DNA of 63,771 bases, filler included, from Hausera hauseri (taxonomy: Eukaryota): assembly GCA_046269625.1 (NCBI GenBank). It is 11 parts of 11 records of this genome, joined end to end, with 100 filler letters (N's around TTAATTAATTAA, not from the genome) between each part and the next. Parts side by side here need not be neighbours in the genome. Positions count along the whole stretch, not along the records: positions 10,743 to 15,305 come from JBJURY010526124.1; positions 15,406 to 21,465 come from JBJURY010146646.1; positions 21,566 to 27,221 come from JBJURY010212411.1; 8 more parts are not named here. One strand, given 5' to 3'. Positions 12,840 to 26,182 of this stretch are shown piece by piece. Below the pieces are notes generated by a model. The model was given only the letters and a program-made list of their open reading frames with translations, made no database searches and was not told the origin of the DNA. Every line of letters starts with the position of its first letter. Position 1 is the first letter of the stretch. The position numbers and the translations under genes are program-made.

Positions 12840-13640
12840 TTGGTTAATTAATCTGTTAACAATAATGACGTTAGTGAAGCAGATGGGAGCAGTCACCATA
12901 TACGATTGTGACAAATTCAAGGTGGGCCAGAAATATTCCTTGATGGATTTAGAGACATGTAAGGATGCGAGGCCCCACAAGCTCCACGCAATAGAGAAGA
13001 AATATATACTATATGAACAACGTGAGTTAATTACAATGGATGCAACAGAATGCATGATACGTGAGTCCCAGAGTATTATTGGCGAACTCAACCGAACCAA
13101 CAATACTGAAGGAATACAAAACGAGCTTAGGCGAACCAATGTTTAGACGCAGTGGAACCGACTGGATAAGTCTATCAAATGGAGGTACGTCCGCAGCCCC
13201 TTGTAAACTAACCGGGATAAATCTAATCAAAGGGTTATCGAAAGATAAATTCGAAGATATATCTAATAAAGGAATTTATAGGCCAAAATACAGAAGCTTT
13301 TAGGCAATTTTTAGCATTTCCGATACAGCGAACTTATGAACTAAATCGGGCCATGTCAATGGTCATGGACGACACCCACTTTCAGGCAAAATGGGAATCG
13401 TTACTCGGCGCTAATCACTATCAAAGGGTAACTTCAGAGACATTGTATAAAATTTGTGGAAGGTTTTTAATTTTCAAACAAGCCGCTTCTGGATTCTTAG
13501 CGATCTACTTCTTAGTCCAGTTAATTAAAGCAGTGATCCAGGCTATTATAAACGGATATGAAATATTCACGTTGACAGGATTCTCTTGCAAAATCTTGAC
13601 CGCAATCATCACACCCTTTGGAAAAATGCTTAAGGCCTAC
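12840..13640 (+). pseudogene. chuvirus-like (class III/gB-type) envelope glycoprotein, central ectodomain deleted
   Basis: An internal signal-like stretch WLINLLTIMTLVKQMGA is followed by IYDC...YSLMDLETC...TECMI. The C-terminal part reads PMF...W...GIY, then a TM region FLIF...GFLAIYFLVQLIKAVIQAIINGYEIFTLTGFSCKILTAII, which is typical of chuvirus G. Confidence 0.75.
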
Positions 13641-15405
13641 GAAGAAAATTGCTGGAAAAATCACGTAGAACGCCACGTCGGGTACTATAACCGCAAACGA
13701 CGAGGAAGGCCCTCGATTTTGTATAGACGTAAAAATAAGACAGTAGTAACACGAAAGAATGATTCAGATGATGACGAGTCTAAGGGAGGAGAAGTGAGTT
13801 CCAGAATGAAGATGCACAAAATGTACTCAGTAATTAACGCACCGTTGCCAATCATGCCGCCAACAGCACCAATATATGAAGACTGCGACCGCAAATCAAT
13901 CGTATCATGTAGGTCCGAAATTTATCAAAAGCCCATTAATTATAAAGATCCTTACGACAAAACAAAACAATATGGGGTACTACGGAAGATGAATGTTATC
14001 CACCAAGGACCAACCGAAAACGACCACGGAATATTGTACTCAAAAAGGATAAAGTGTCACATAGAATCGAAATCAACGATCTGGGATAACCCGAAACTGT
14101 GTTCGGTCTCCAGTTCACTACCCCAGGAACCTCTTACTGACAATCGCGTTACAGAGATAACGAATAACGACTTGTATCCAAACGGAGAATTGAGACAATT
14201 AAGGCAAGATATCATTTCATCGCCAGAAATAACGATAAATGGACATAGAGTCTCTACTGTACAACAGTCAAAGGTGGCGTCAAATTGCTACGAAACAGTA
14301 GCAGAAGGAATACCCTTTGCTAAAATACACATCGAAGATTGGGAAGTGTATGCATTAATCGATATAGGATCAGAAAAATCATTTATAAAATATGAATCTA
14401 CACCAACCACAATGCGAGATAAGCTATGTCCACCCGCATCATCGGACCCAGGTAGCGTAGGAGCATTTGTACAAGTATCGAAGCCAAAATTTAAATAGAC
14501 TCCTACCGTTTATATGATGGGCCAGTCACTTTAACACGAATTTGCGATAATGGATCAGTTAACAAACGACGTAGTACTAGGTTGTGATATATTAAAACAG
14601 ATACCAGATATGGCAATCGATGTGCACAATGAAAAATTAAATGAGCTCGAACCGATAAAAGGGACAAAAGTAATAAAAGAAAGGAAATCGGGCGAGTATG
14701 GATTCCGTTAGATGAAGACATTCCGCCTATAACTGAAATGTTAATTTTCGCACAGATTCGACAGGATGAGGATCTACCAGTATACTTCGAGCCTCAAGAG
14801 AATATGAATTTAAACCTTATGTTTAGCAATATTTTATGTAGAGTAGTGACGGGACGAACACCTATCATACTAGTGAACAATCCACCAATTTCCGTAAGAT
14901 TGCACGCTAACACTACTCTAGGCCATATTGCAGAGTATCGGCAGTGACGATAGAGGAAAAACCATACAAATGTGCTGAATTTCCACCTAATGTTGAAACC
15001 AAATTCTCTCCTGAGGCGTATTACAAGTTCTACGAATTATTATGTAAATACAGTTCAATAATCGCACAAAATAAAGATGACATAGGTAGAGAAAAAGCTC
15101 TGAGATTAACAATTCCCTTAAGGAAGAAACCCGGCTCAATTGATAAGATCGATCTAGAGGAACAGAAAATGCCAAAATAGTATTCGCCTCCTCATTCATT
15201 GAGACCGGAGATAACCAAAAAAGTAGAGCGAATGTTAAAAGCCGATATAATTCGACCAAGTTACCGATCATGGTATTCACCTACACTTATGGTTAAAAAG
15301 AAAGANNNNNNNNNNNNNNNNNNNNNNNNNNNNNNNNNNNNNNNNNNNNTTAATTAATTAANNNNNNNNNNNNNNNNNNNNNNNNNNNNNNNNNNNNNNN
15401 NNNNN

Positions 15406-15905
15406 TAGGACGTCTTCTTCATAACCCAGAATGAAATTGGATGGGACAAAATCGTTAGAAAAGGCAGGATTGGTCGGAATGAACCATGTCAATAAACATA
15501 ATTTATCATTTGTTGAGGGGATCACGAACAAATCTGCAGTAAAAAAGAAATATACTGATAATGGAAATAAACGTCAAACATTGCAATTGTGCAAAATACG
15601 TCTCGCCAGACACGTCGTCTAATGAAACAACGTCGCCAACATTAAAATGAATTTCCTGAATAAATTAGCAAATAAGCACCGTCGTCATTTTGCTCAAATT
15701 TTACATCATAAACAATTCGACTCTGCAACTCAATTTTCCGTCGGTCTTGCACGAATTTCGTTGGCTACAAAATAAATTGACATGAGCGAACAAATTTCCC
15801 ACTTACGTTTCGTTTCAAAATGGCCTTCCTTGATTTCGGCTTTTGATGGCCACGGCCCGACGTGCTATTGGCGCGGATTTTCGTTGTTATTACACGGCTT
15901 CTCAT
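15406..15905 (-). CDS. GATAD1: GATAD1-like protein, 3'-partial; exons 15807-15905, 15705-15764, 15580-15655, 15406-15533
   Basis: GT-AG introns of 42, 49 and 46 nt splice to an open frame: ...RKAILKRNPTK...HFNVGDVVSLDDVSGETYFAQLQY...LLTWFIPT...FVPSNFILGYEED. This matches GATAD1 YQIGDVVSV...YYAQI...LTWLIPT...FDPASYIIGPEED. Confidence 0.85.
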
Positions 15906-15942
15906 TGTAAATTTCATAAATCAAGAATACGATAAATCTTAC

Positions 15943-16070
15943 ATATTTTTTACTTCATCTTCTTTATGGAAGTATTTTGCCAATTCATCAATCCCTTCAT
16001 CGATGCATACCGTTGAATCAACATCGAAACAAAAACAATCCACATCATTCCAATTGAAATTCGCCATCAT
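15943..16070 (-). CDS. PSPH: phosphoserine phosphatase, first coding exon
   Basis: HAD motif I CFDVDSTVCIDEGIDELAK. The exon ends AAT AT|gtaag, a phase-2 donor at 15942. Confidence 0.9.
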
Positions 16071-16307
16071 TTTTGTCGATTGAATTTGTAATGTCACTGT
16101 CCTTATATGACTTTTCTGACTAAAAATGTACAAATTTGATTACATTTAAAATTTTCGCTGATTCAATGGAACAAAATTATTAAAACAAATGATAGAATAT
16201 TTTTGGTAAATTTCTTGACCTTGAAATTATACGTGTGATTGTCACTTATATATCCAAACGAAAAACATTGAAATAGGTTGAAAATTATAGAAAAATGTTT
16301 TTCGTTA

Positions 16308-16540
16308 TTATAGGTAATTATAGGTAATTTCGATGAAATATGGGTAACATATGAGTGATATCTAAGTAAAATGTAGGTAATATATGTAATATGTATGTAC
16401 TATAGGTAAAATATAAGGTAATAGATAGGTAATTTATGTGAGATATATCAGTAATAATATATATTCAAATGCATTAATAAATAAATCAATACACTAATCA
16501 ATAAATCACTATATAAATCAATACATTATTCAATAAACCA
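16308..16540. repeat. degenerate minisatellites: about 11-bp ataggtaat units, then aataaatcaatac units
   Basis: Repeated units are visible upstream of the PSPH exon. Confidence 0.7.
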
Positions 16541-17667
16541 AATGTGACAATAACATTTCCTGTGTCACTCTTGAATGTCCAGAAGTTTTAGTCTTGTTAC
16601 AAATATTTAATTCTTTACCTGCCAATTTTTTGGTGGTGTGCACACAACATTTAATGGTCTCTTCAAATATTCAATCAGTATCGTTGAAAATCATTTTCTA
16701 GTGTCAACCATTGTGCCAAAATTCGAAATCACTTTGATCCCAAGATGGGTTTTATTGAGAACTGGCTTTGTAGAATTGTTCGCATCAAAGAAAAAATTTA
16801 ATTTAAGTAAAATATAACCGTTCACTTTTATGAACAATTTTCAAAAGAAAAATATTTAAAAATCTTTTTTTGATAAGGTTTAAGTACCAAAACCGATGCA
16901 TAAGTACCTTTTTTGAAAATACACATGTTTTAATCTAATTTTTGTTCTAATCCTCAGTATTTTGCGTAAATTACGAAAAATGCTAAATTTCAGACTAGAC
17001 ATTTTTGTTGATTTGTATGTTGTGTCTACATGCAAAGTGCTACATATTTCTATAATAATATACGTTCTTAAATTTCACACTTCTGAAAAATATAAGGTCC
17101 TTTATTTTAGATATCAAATTTCATGTATTAATGTTTGCTACAGATATGCTGTTAAAAAGGACAACGGTGTAGCGGTAGACTAAACACAGGAAATTTTATT
17201 AAAATTTAATTTGGAAGTTTGGTAAATAAGCGCCGCTATTTTAAAAACATGGGGCGAAATAGTACAACTTTTGCGGTTGACAATTTTCCTTTTTCAATGC
17301 ACTCTTCTCATTTAGTTTAAAGTTATTTTTACATTTTTGAATGATTTCATTAGTTTACCGAAAAATATAGTAGCAAATTTGAATTTCGATAACGAAGTAC
17401 ACTCAACAAAAAATAAAAATTCGTAAATCGACATAGAACTGTTTTTATTTAAATTAGTCTATCAAAGCATTAATGAAATGTGCATAATAAGAAAATCTCT
17501 AAAAGTTTTGTACATGAGATAAAACAGAAACGGTATTGCAAATGTACAAATAAGTAATATAAAAATTGCTGCTCTCGATCATTAATCTGAACAAATTATA
17601 TTTACACAGACATGCAATGAGCAAGGAAGATAAATCGACACTGAATGAATAGATAAAACAAGAAAAA

Positions 17668-18827
17668 TCACCGAGAATCGTTAGACTTACAAGACAAAAT
17701 GACAACTTTCTGATCGACCAATTCCCTCATACTATCACTAATCCTTGATAAAATCGTATTGGATTTTGACTGTTCATTAACGAGTGTTACGAGAACATTC
17801 GACAGATCGTTCGTACTAGATAAAACTGCAACAGGGCCATCCGTAGGTTCAATTGACACATCGGATACTTGACAAATGGACAGCTTCCTTTTACTCGAAA
17901 TTCCTTGATCATTTGAAATGGAATCGAATTGAGTTTCAACGTTCAACGAATGAATTTCAATTTGTGATTCTTCATCTTTCATTTCAACAATTGTAGTTGG
18001 CAAATTTATGCCGTTGAGTGATAAATTCTGTTCAAGATTTTGGTCGATTTTCTTCCGTTTACAGTCGCTATTTCCGCTGAAATTACTCACATTCATATCG
18101 GATACTGATGAATTTGTTCGTTTGCGTGTATTTACCGATACATTTACTAAATTATCGGACAGATGGGCAGAATCTTCAGCGGTTTTTGGAGTGGATTCTG
18201 CCGATGAAATAGTGATGTTTTATCGAGCAATTCTATATAATCTGCCGTACTGAAAATGTTTGGGTCTTTATTGGCTAAAATATAACGACGATTCTTCCTC
18301 CAATAACCGTTATACAGAAGAATCACCGGACGCTACCGACGGTTGATGAACTGACTGCAATTCACAAATGGAACCGTCACTAAACGGATCCTTTCCCTGT
18401 TGTAATTGTTGTATCAACGCATGAGCAAACACAGCACGTCGCTGTGCAGCCGCAGAAGGAAGATCGACAATCTGCCCGTCTAACAAAAACCAGACCAAGG
18501 AAAAGTACGTTATCGACAACACCAACAAAATAAAATACCGGGAACTATACCGATACAATCATTGCACACGTCAGTTGGCACGTACCGCTGATTCAATGGT
18601 GCCAGTCGGCCCTGATTTTGTATTTTCTGTTGCAATAATAGATTTCCCAATTTGCCGTCGAATGTTTGATTTGCATCTCTCTCTGTCACCAATCTGATGT
18701 GATCTGCCACTAATTTCGTGTTTCTTGCCCATTTATCCGACACTGGATGACATTCTTGACGTTGTTCGTTAAATACATGCGATTTTGGTGTGTTCTGCTG
18801 TTTAAATGGGTTTCTTTTTGTTGTCAT
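17668..18827 (-). CDS. hypothetical spliced gene, Ser/Asn-rich C-terminal part, function unknown
   Basis: Three collinear ORFs. A plausible GT-AG intron at about 18482-18538 joins ...IVP to DGQIVDLP.... The downstream junction was not resolved. Confidence 0.4.
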
Positions 18828-21370
18828 TTTTTAACAAAAAATTTTTATGACAATTGATAAATTTCAATTGTTTTATAATCTAAATAGTTGTTAAATTTAA
18901 TGTGCTATATAGCAATGAATATTTTTCATGGGTTACTTTTTTACTTGCTATTTTATTGATCTTATTTTATTAATTTCTACGATTAAGCTTACTATGATGT
19001 GTGAAAGGTTTAATTTTACTACCCAGACTTTAACACAGTAATATTTCTTTTATTTACCTTGATGTTCCTCTACATTGTTATGTGTAATATGCAAATATTA
19101 TATTTCTTATACACGTCTCCAATTTCTTATCATCTAATTTATCATAATTTATTGAATAAAATTAATTTTAGTAAATAATTATGTCATTCATTTAGAACAT
19201 ATTAAATAAGATTAATAAACTCGACAAAATAATAAGGTTTTAAATTGTCTGGTTTATTGTCTTCAGATAATCATTTCTAAATACCTGAATTTACTCAACA
19301 ATAAAATTCTCCTTTAATACTCCTATATAGAATAATTATACACACTAACAAAATTAAAGACCGCCAAAATGTAAAATATTTTTATTTAAAAATGTATCTT
19401 TTAAAATTCATAGAAACATAGTTGTTAAACAATTAAAATTTAGGACTTTTAAAACCCAATTGAATCAAGAATTACATAGAATCCAGTATTCTCCTCAGAT
19501 TTTTCATGAAATCACCTTATTAAAATGGATATTTTTATGCACCGATTCTGAGCTGCAAATCGTGATTATTCACGTTATCGTATTGCGTACAATCATTGTC
19601 TTATCCACCTTTGATTTGATTTGATTTTTGCCCATTTCACAATTTTTCTGTTGTGATTTTTGATTGGTTTTGGGTTTTTATCATTTTTGCCTTTTTGGTA
19701 TAACAAATATATTTTGTGAAGTTTTTATTTGGATAGACTGTAGATTTAACGATGTTTGAAGATACAATTTGTTTTTGTTTTCTGCCCCGAAAATATGCTT
19801 TTCCGTGGTGTTTTGTTAAAAAAGAAAACTTCGACTTTCTCCCGCTGTTTCTTCCTTCCACGCTTTTTACTTGGTGTCTGGCGTTCATCGAATGATTCTC
19901 TTTAAATATTATCGCCAGGGGATTGTTGTGGGGCACTTATTCATTATTCCCATTGTGGGAAATTACGGCGCTTATTCACTATTTCCCGCCATTTTGTTTC
20001 ACCATTAGCTTTTTAGTATTCTACGTTAAAGAAGTGACATTTGGACGAAAATCACGACCATATATACTGTGGAGGGTTTTTAATTAGACGGAACATTGAC
20101 AGCTGGCCAGAGGACGAAGTATCTTCATTGTATGGTGCATTTAATAAGTAAGAACCGTCAATTGTATTATATTGGGGATAATGCACAAGTGCCATTATGT
20201 TATTTGATTAATGACATTCAATGCTCACTTTAGACGATGGTTCGGTATTCAGTCCACTTTTACAGTTGAGATTGACGACATTGTGGTTCTTGTTTATAGA
20301 TCCGGACAGGACCTTTAAGTATTCTGTACTAACGCGAGTGAATGATATGAAACTGCATAAGTTCTTCCAAATCAAATCCTTCGAGGAATGGTGGCAACTT
20401 TCTTCTAATGTTGATAAGCCTTTTCAAAGCGAATATGCAGATATGGTAGTAAAAATCGATATTCTAAAAACGTTATAACTTCCATGCGGCAAGAAATCAT
20501 CTCTTCAGCTGAATTTAGGTTTAATGACTTTGTTACCAACAATTCAAAACTAACTACATATAACGAATTTTTAATTACTGGACAATGTAATAAGATTCTT
20601 AATTTACTCATATTACTAAGGACCTTAACTTAATACAGCCGAGAAACTACATGACCATGTCAATATGTTTATTATCGACGGAAAATATTCTTATGATATA
20701 ATTGACTCAATGATATCAACATTAATAGCCTTATTAAATATAGTCCTCTAAAAGACCTGTTCCACAACAAACTCTTCTGTAAACTATATAATATCAACAT
20801 TTAGACCCTCAGTAGTTTGTTGCCGAAACACGATACCATTCTATCCCAACTAGGTTTCACAAGTATTGAATGAGATCCTTTAGCTCAGAAAATTTTTCCC
20901 GCATTTATTAAAATCATCTACTGCATTTTTAAAATCCATGATTAAACTAACTCAGCGCATTCTCCTCATTTACCATCGGTCGCTGCAATGTATTGTAATA
21001 CACTGCTGATCCTGGGAGTTCTTTATACCTCTTCTCATATTAGGTAACAGTATATGCCAGAACTCCGATGGTAATATTACGGATTATAGTCAGCGGTCTA
21101 CGAAGATCACTAATGATCTCTTTAAAATAGATTCAACATTAAAAGACTTTCACGCCTGCAGAGATGTGGCTGAGGAGAACCTCAGAAGCTCCAGTTTCAG
21201 CTTTTGTTGTTTATTTCAGCCCCTTGAGCCTTTTTTTTTAAAACCTAAACGTTTGTTATTCTCGTCTTGGTTGGTTTGTTTTGTATGAATTTGCGCAACA
21301 ATATGCTATCACTAGCTAACCATTAACTAACAGCTACGCTTTTGCGGCTTCTGTTAGAGTCGTGTTTGTT

Positions 21371-21372
<2 letters not shown>

Positions 21373-21428
<56 letters not shown>
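21373..21428. repeat. (CT)n microsatellite
   Basis: Directly visible. Confidence 0.98.
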
Positions 21429-21430
<2 letters not shown>

Positions 21431-21565
21431 GTACCCTTGGTGCCCGTGGGGTCGTAACAGAGAAGNNNNNNNNNNNNNNNNNNNNNNNNNNNNNNNNNNN
21501 NNNNNNNNNTTAATTAATTAANNNNNNNNNNNNNNNNNNNNNNNNNNNNNNNNNNNNNNNNNNNN

Positions 21566-22946
21566 GATAAGATAGGCGTGGATTTTGCAGGACCAATAAA
21601 TACCAAACAAAGGAGAGGAAATGTCCAAGAGAAGCGTTTTATCTGCCTTTTCACTTTTCTTGTTTGCAGACGAATACATTTAGAGTTATCCTCAGGTTTG
21701 GATACAGATTTTTTCATCCGAGCCCTCAAAAGGTTTATGTCAAGAAGGGAACGACCATCAATAATTGTATCAGACAATGGAACAAATTTTGTTGGAGCAG
21801 ATAAGGAGATTTATGAAATACAACCAGATAACCATTCAGCAAAATTAAATCTGGAACAAAACCACATACGATGGAGATTGAACCCTCCAAGCGCACCGCA
21901 TTTTGGTGGAGCCAATGAAGCGCTAATAAAATCAGTTAAAAGAGCACTGAATAAAATCCTGGGAGATGTTAGAGTCACCGATGAAGAACTATTAACTATA
22001 TTATGTGAGATTAAAGGAATAATAAATAGTAGACCACTCACAGTTTCATCAGCTGACAGTAAAGACGACATCATTCTCACACCTAACCACTTCATTATAG
22101 CCGGTTACAACTCCGAGATTAATTCAAATTTCACAGGTGCAACGAAGAGCAGCGTAACCGCACGATGGCGATACGTGCAGTCAATAAGTGATGAATATTG
22201 GAAAAGATGGAGAAAATAGTTGTTGATAACTTGAAGGACAAAGAAAAAATGGCAAAGTGGAGAAACCGACATTAATCCTGTAGATAGTGTGGGTACTAGA
22301 AACAGCGGAAAAAATGAATCATTGGCCAATAGTCAAGGTAACTAAGATATTTCCTGGACAAGATGGGATCGTACGAGTTGTTGAAATCTTGAAGAATGGT
22401 GAGATCTATCGGCGACCCATCAACAAAGTTTGTAAAGTAGAGAAAGAATTAAACGAGTGGAATGATTTAGAAAGAGTAAATAGTTGTGACCGGATTGCTC
22501 CAAGGAGGGGGAAATGTTGGAACCCAATTGTCTAGTTTGGCAATCCAGCCAATGTCGAGATGCGTAATGAGGTAAGTCGGACGAGCATAAAACTATATAT
22601 AGTGTAGATATTAAAGCGTGTGTATGGGCATGTAAATTTAGTGGGGTACGCGTATGATGATATATTATATGTTGTATATGTAAAAAATTTGTTTATCATA
22701 TTAATTTTTATTGGAGTAAGTTTGTCTGATGGAAATATTCTAATTGAAAATATAAGGATGTGAAACTTGAAAAAATGTACTGACTGATAGATAGATACAG
22801 CACCACCTTTGTCGGCGCTTGGGAAAACGGAGGATGGGAATCGGAGTAAATGAAAGACTCACCGATCTCTCATTAGTGAAGGTAGTTTACGAAAAGTTCG
22901 AGAAAGAAGTTTGAAAATATTCGAAAAGCGTAATAAAATTGTAACA
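21566..22946 (+). mobile_element. BEL/Pao LTR retrotransposon 3' end (integrase, PPT 22502-22514, probable 3' LTR 22515-22946)
   Basis: GVDFAGP, IVSDNGTNFVGA, PPSAPHFGG..E.LIKSVK, INSRPLT, LTPNHF, WP...V.K.FPGQDGIVRVV and RRPINKVC. The purine tract aaggagggggaaa precedes TGTTG, and the region ends aataaa...taaCA. Confidence 0.93.
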
Positions 22947-24750
22947 TCGATGAGGATTGGATTACAATGTCACGGCTTATATATTGATTCTATAGATGCG
23001 TGGCTATTCTGGAAACCAGTACATAGCTTCAGCTTATTAGTACAAACAAGTCACCACCTTCAGTGACGACAAACCATGCTTACGAATTGGGCCAGTTTTA
23101 GACCTAGTTGAGTCGTGTTCGAATAGTAACCTAATCATTCCACAATGGGATAACAGTGCTACTACAAATGACAGTTTGTGGATAAAGTTTATGGGAATTA
23201 CCATATGGTAGTTTATCAGAATTAGCCATTCTTCAACAAAGGATCATTGTTTACCTTGAAAACCAATTAAATTTAATCAGTCCCTCTCTCAGTAGGAGAT
23301 GAAATAGCTCAAAAGAAACCGCAATTTTAAACGCACCAGCTATTAACACGAACAATTCCGAAGGTTGTTTTGAGTGGAACTGTCTTTGCCAATACCGACT
23401 GCAAATCTGCTTCACTGAATTCAGTAAGTACCTGACTGAAAATGACCGGCGTCTAGTCAAACACATCTAATACTCTAAGTGGACTCCCAAGTAATTTGAA
23501 AAATTCACAACAAACCTTACTTAACCGGAAGACACAGCCACTTACATTTGGCCACTGCCTGTTTCTATTGTAAACGATCTCCTGTTATATTGAAGATTCG
23601 GAGCATTTAAACAATTCACTACCCTTGCAAAAGTCGCATACAAGCCAATGAAAATAAGGTTTATATCAATACTCAGGGTTTATTGACACTGTGACGGTGT
23701 TTCGAATATATTCTTCTTACTCAACGAGTATCTAATCTCGTAATTGAACAAATTATTTAAACTTGATCAGCATTTCAAATTCAATCGATCAACAACGTAC
23801 TCCTTATCGTCACTTGACCCCCTCCTTACTTCGCGTTACTTATCTTCGACAAATTCGTTGCAATTAAATATAGTTTCGTCCAACTTTAAATCAGTGTACC
23901 ACACTGGTCCTATTAGTTGGAATCCAATTAATCAAGTTGTATTACTTGAACAAATGAATCTGTCATGGAAATATTTAACTAACACAAAGCTCATAAATAT
24001 TAATAAGATAGAGTACTATCCAAACTGATAGGTAACGTGACATTCGAATTTCTTTCGGGAGAAGAAGTGTAAAATAAAAATATTCATGAGTTATTGCACA
24101 GTTTGTTTAGATCTCAATTGTCACCGAATCTCCTTTCGACATGATAGTAAGATGCCTAAATCATTGTAACGGCGACGAAGTCACTCGAAAGTTAAGACTC
24201 TGAAACAGTTCTCCTAAGTGTTATGAGCTCCACTCCAGAAGATTGTCAACATGGATAACAATAATAGTTTTGTTAACTGCAGGGTCGTCATACAGAATTT
24301 ATTTAAAATCAATATCCAGTCAGTCTCTCGATTAGTTGACAAGACATGATCGAAACAATGCATCAATGGTCAAACTTGAAACAATTTTGTTTAGCTGCAA
24401 AAGCATTTGATGAAGACATGTTTAAGATTCAGCACCAGAAAAAAACAATGTATCGGTATTCGCTAAAGATTTCAGTCTAACTGAAGCATTTCACGTCCTC
24501 AAAATTTCTTAAATAGCAAAGAGAAACAACTATTTAAACTAATTCTATTTCTAATTCGCCATAAATTTATGTTTACCGTAACTCTGAGCTCCTTTTCTCT
24601 CCACCGGTTAAATGATATTTGAAGCTTGGCGTATTTTCATTGTGATAATAAAGGACATTTTTTAAAAGAAAAATTGGTAAATCGATAGATTTTAATTTTT
24701 AAAAAGATATATTGAAGAAAAATTTGAAATTTGATACCAAGTTACGATAA

Positions 24751-25461
24751 ATGCAGAAAGTGAAGAAGATGAAAAGCGATACAAGTCTAGTCTACCGGGA
24801 TAGAAATCTATTTAATCTTTTAATACAGGTGAACGAAAACGATTCAAACCGAAAGGAGATTGTGCCAAAACAAAGCGAATTGCGAATTAGTCTTTTAGAC
24901 TTTGATACACCTAACAAAATTGAAGTTGGAGGAGCAGTAGTAATAAAAAAAGATTTAGGAAGCGACAAAATAGATCTAATCACCAGAAACTTAATATTAA
25001 GTGCAACAATTGTAAGAGCTTTACCAGAGTCAAACTTTTAGCCCCGACTTTCATCACGGGTTTCGTATGACTTAATATATGATACCAAAGATCAAACGTT
25101 CTTAACGATTATAAGAAAAAATGGGGTGGTGAACTCCTTCAATGAGTATCGAAATTCCTTCATTGCACAACAACCAACCTCCATTAGCTCAATAACTGAC
25201 TGTCTGCTAGTTGATAAAGAAACAGCTCATTTTCTCACGTCCAGAAAAGTCCTGTCCAATCCATCAGAAAAATATATACAAAAGTCGTTTTGTCAAGAGA
25301 CTCAGTATGATGGAGACGGCTCTGAGTTATTCTCAAGGTTAATCTGTTTCCCTAAGATTCCAACAAAATTACAAGCAATGTTAAGAGTGAAAGATACTTT
25401 ACAATGCTACTGGAATTCAGATAAACGTTCCGTACATTGTTTCAACAAGCCAGCAGAATGA
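24751..25461 (+). pseudogene. degenerate ORF of unknown function
   Basis: Two same-frame ORFs are separated by one stop. No family was recognised. Confidence 0.3.
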
Positions 25462-26144
25462 AGAGGGTAATAGAATCTATTCATGTAACATGTTATCTAA
25501 AAAATCATTTACTACCCATCCGTTGTTTACAGTCGGTGGCAGAAATTTCATTGAATCAAAGAAAATACTCTCCAATTTTCTATCCAGAGGACGCTCCTAA
25601 CACTAACGCAGCTAATCATTTAGAAGGAACGGAGATTTTGGTTTATAAAGTTTACGTAAAGAGTTGGCACCACCCCTGTTGTTTCTGCGAGAGAGGTAGC
25701 GTCAGACGTAAATCCAATAACATTCTTATAACTTCATTCAGAGGTGATTTTAATAACATTGTTAAATTTTGTTTTCATTTTTCTGATTTCGCCAGTGCCG
25801 ATGAGGGTGGTGTTACGGGGCTAATTGGGTGTGTGTTAGAAAGGGTTAAAATAAATGTATCAAAAGGCAAGATTAAAGACAAATGTCATCCTCGAATGAT
25901 ATTATGTGTGAATCGAAACAATCTATTTATCAACTTAAATAAATTAATGGTAAATGAAATAATAATTAAAGGTAAAATACTTTACGTATCGAATCCGAAG
26001 GTATTTAGATTCAATGATAAATTCAGGCATTGGGGTCTGTATTTCGAAGTAACTAATATTTTGACGAGTAAAGTTTTTTATTAAAGGTGATATGTTCAAT
26101 GTTAGATTAATTTTATCACATAAAGACTGTACAAATTTGCCATA

Positions 26145-26155
26145 TGGTAGCAGAG
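26145..26155 (+). promoter_or_regulatory. primer-binding site complementary to initiator tRNA-Met; putative 5' LTR about 25811-26142
   Basis: TGGTAGCAGAG lies 2 nt after ...gcCA and is followed by a long ORF. Confidence 0.65.
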
Positions 26156-26182
26156 CGTGTTTTGTGCTCTGCACCGTGATCC

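Larger units (their letters stand above)
10743..15305 (+). mobile_element. Ty3/gypsy-type element with polyprotein order coiled-coil, Ubl, chuvirus-like glycoprotein, protease, RT start (degenerate)
   Basis: ORF pieces from 10753 to 14498 are collinear. Protease YALIDIGSEKSFI lies at about 14350. The gypsy RT entry MLKADIIRPSYRSWYSPTLMVKKK lies at 15232-15305. Confidence 0.8.

Noticed and set aside
9560-13139. Long antisense ORFs (e.g. 9560..9817, 10857..11177, 12684..13139)
   Set aside because: They are shadows of coding sequence on the opposite strand.
19500-21120. Possible degenerate coding sequence; similar stretch at 22950-24500
   Set aside because: It looks coding-like but is fragmented, and no family could be recognised.
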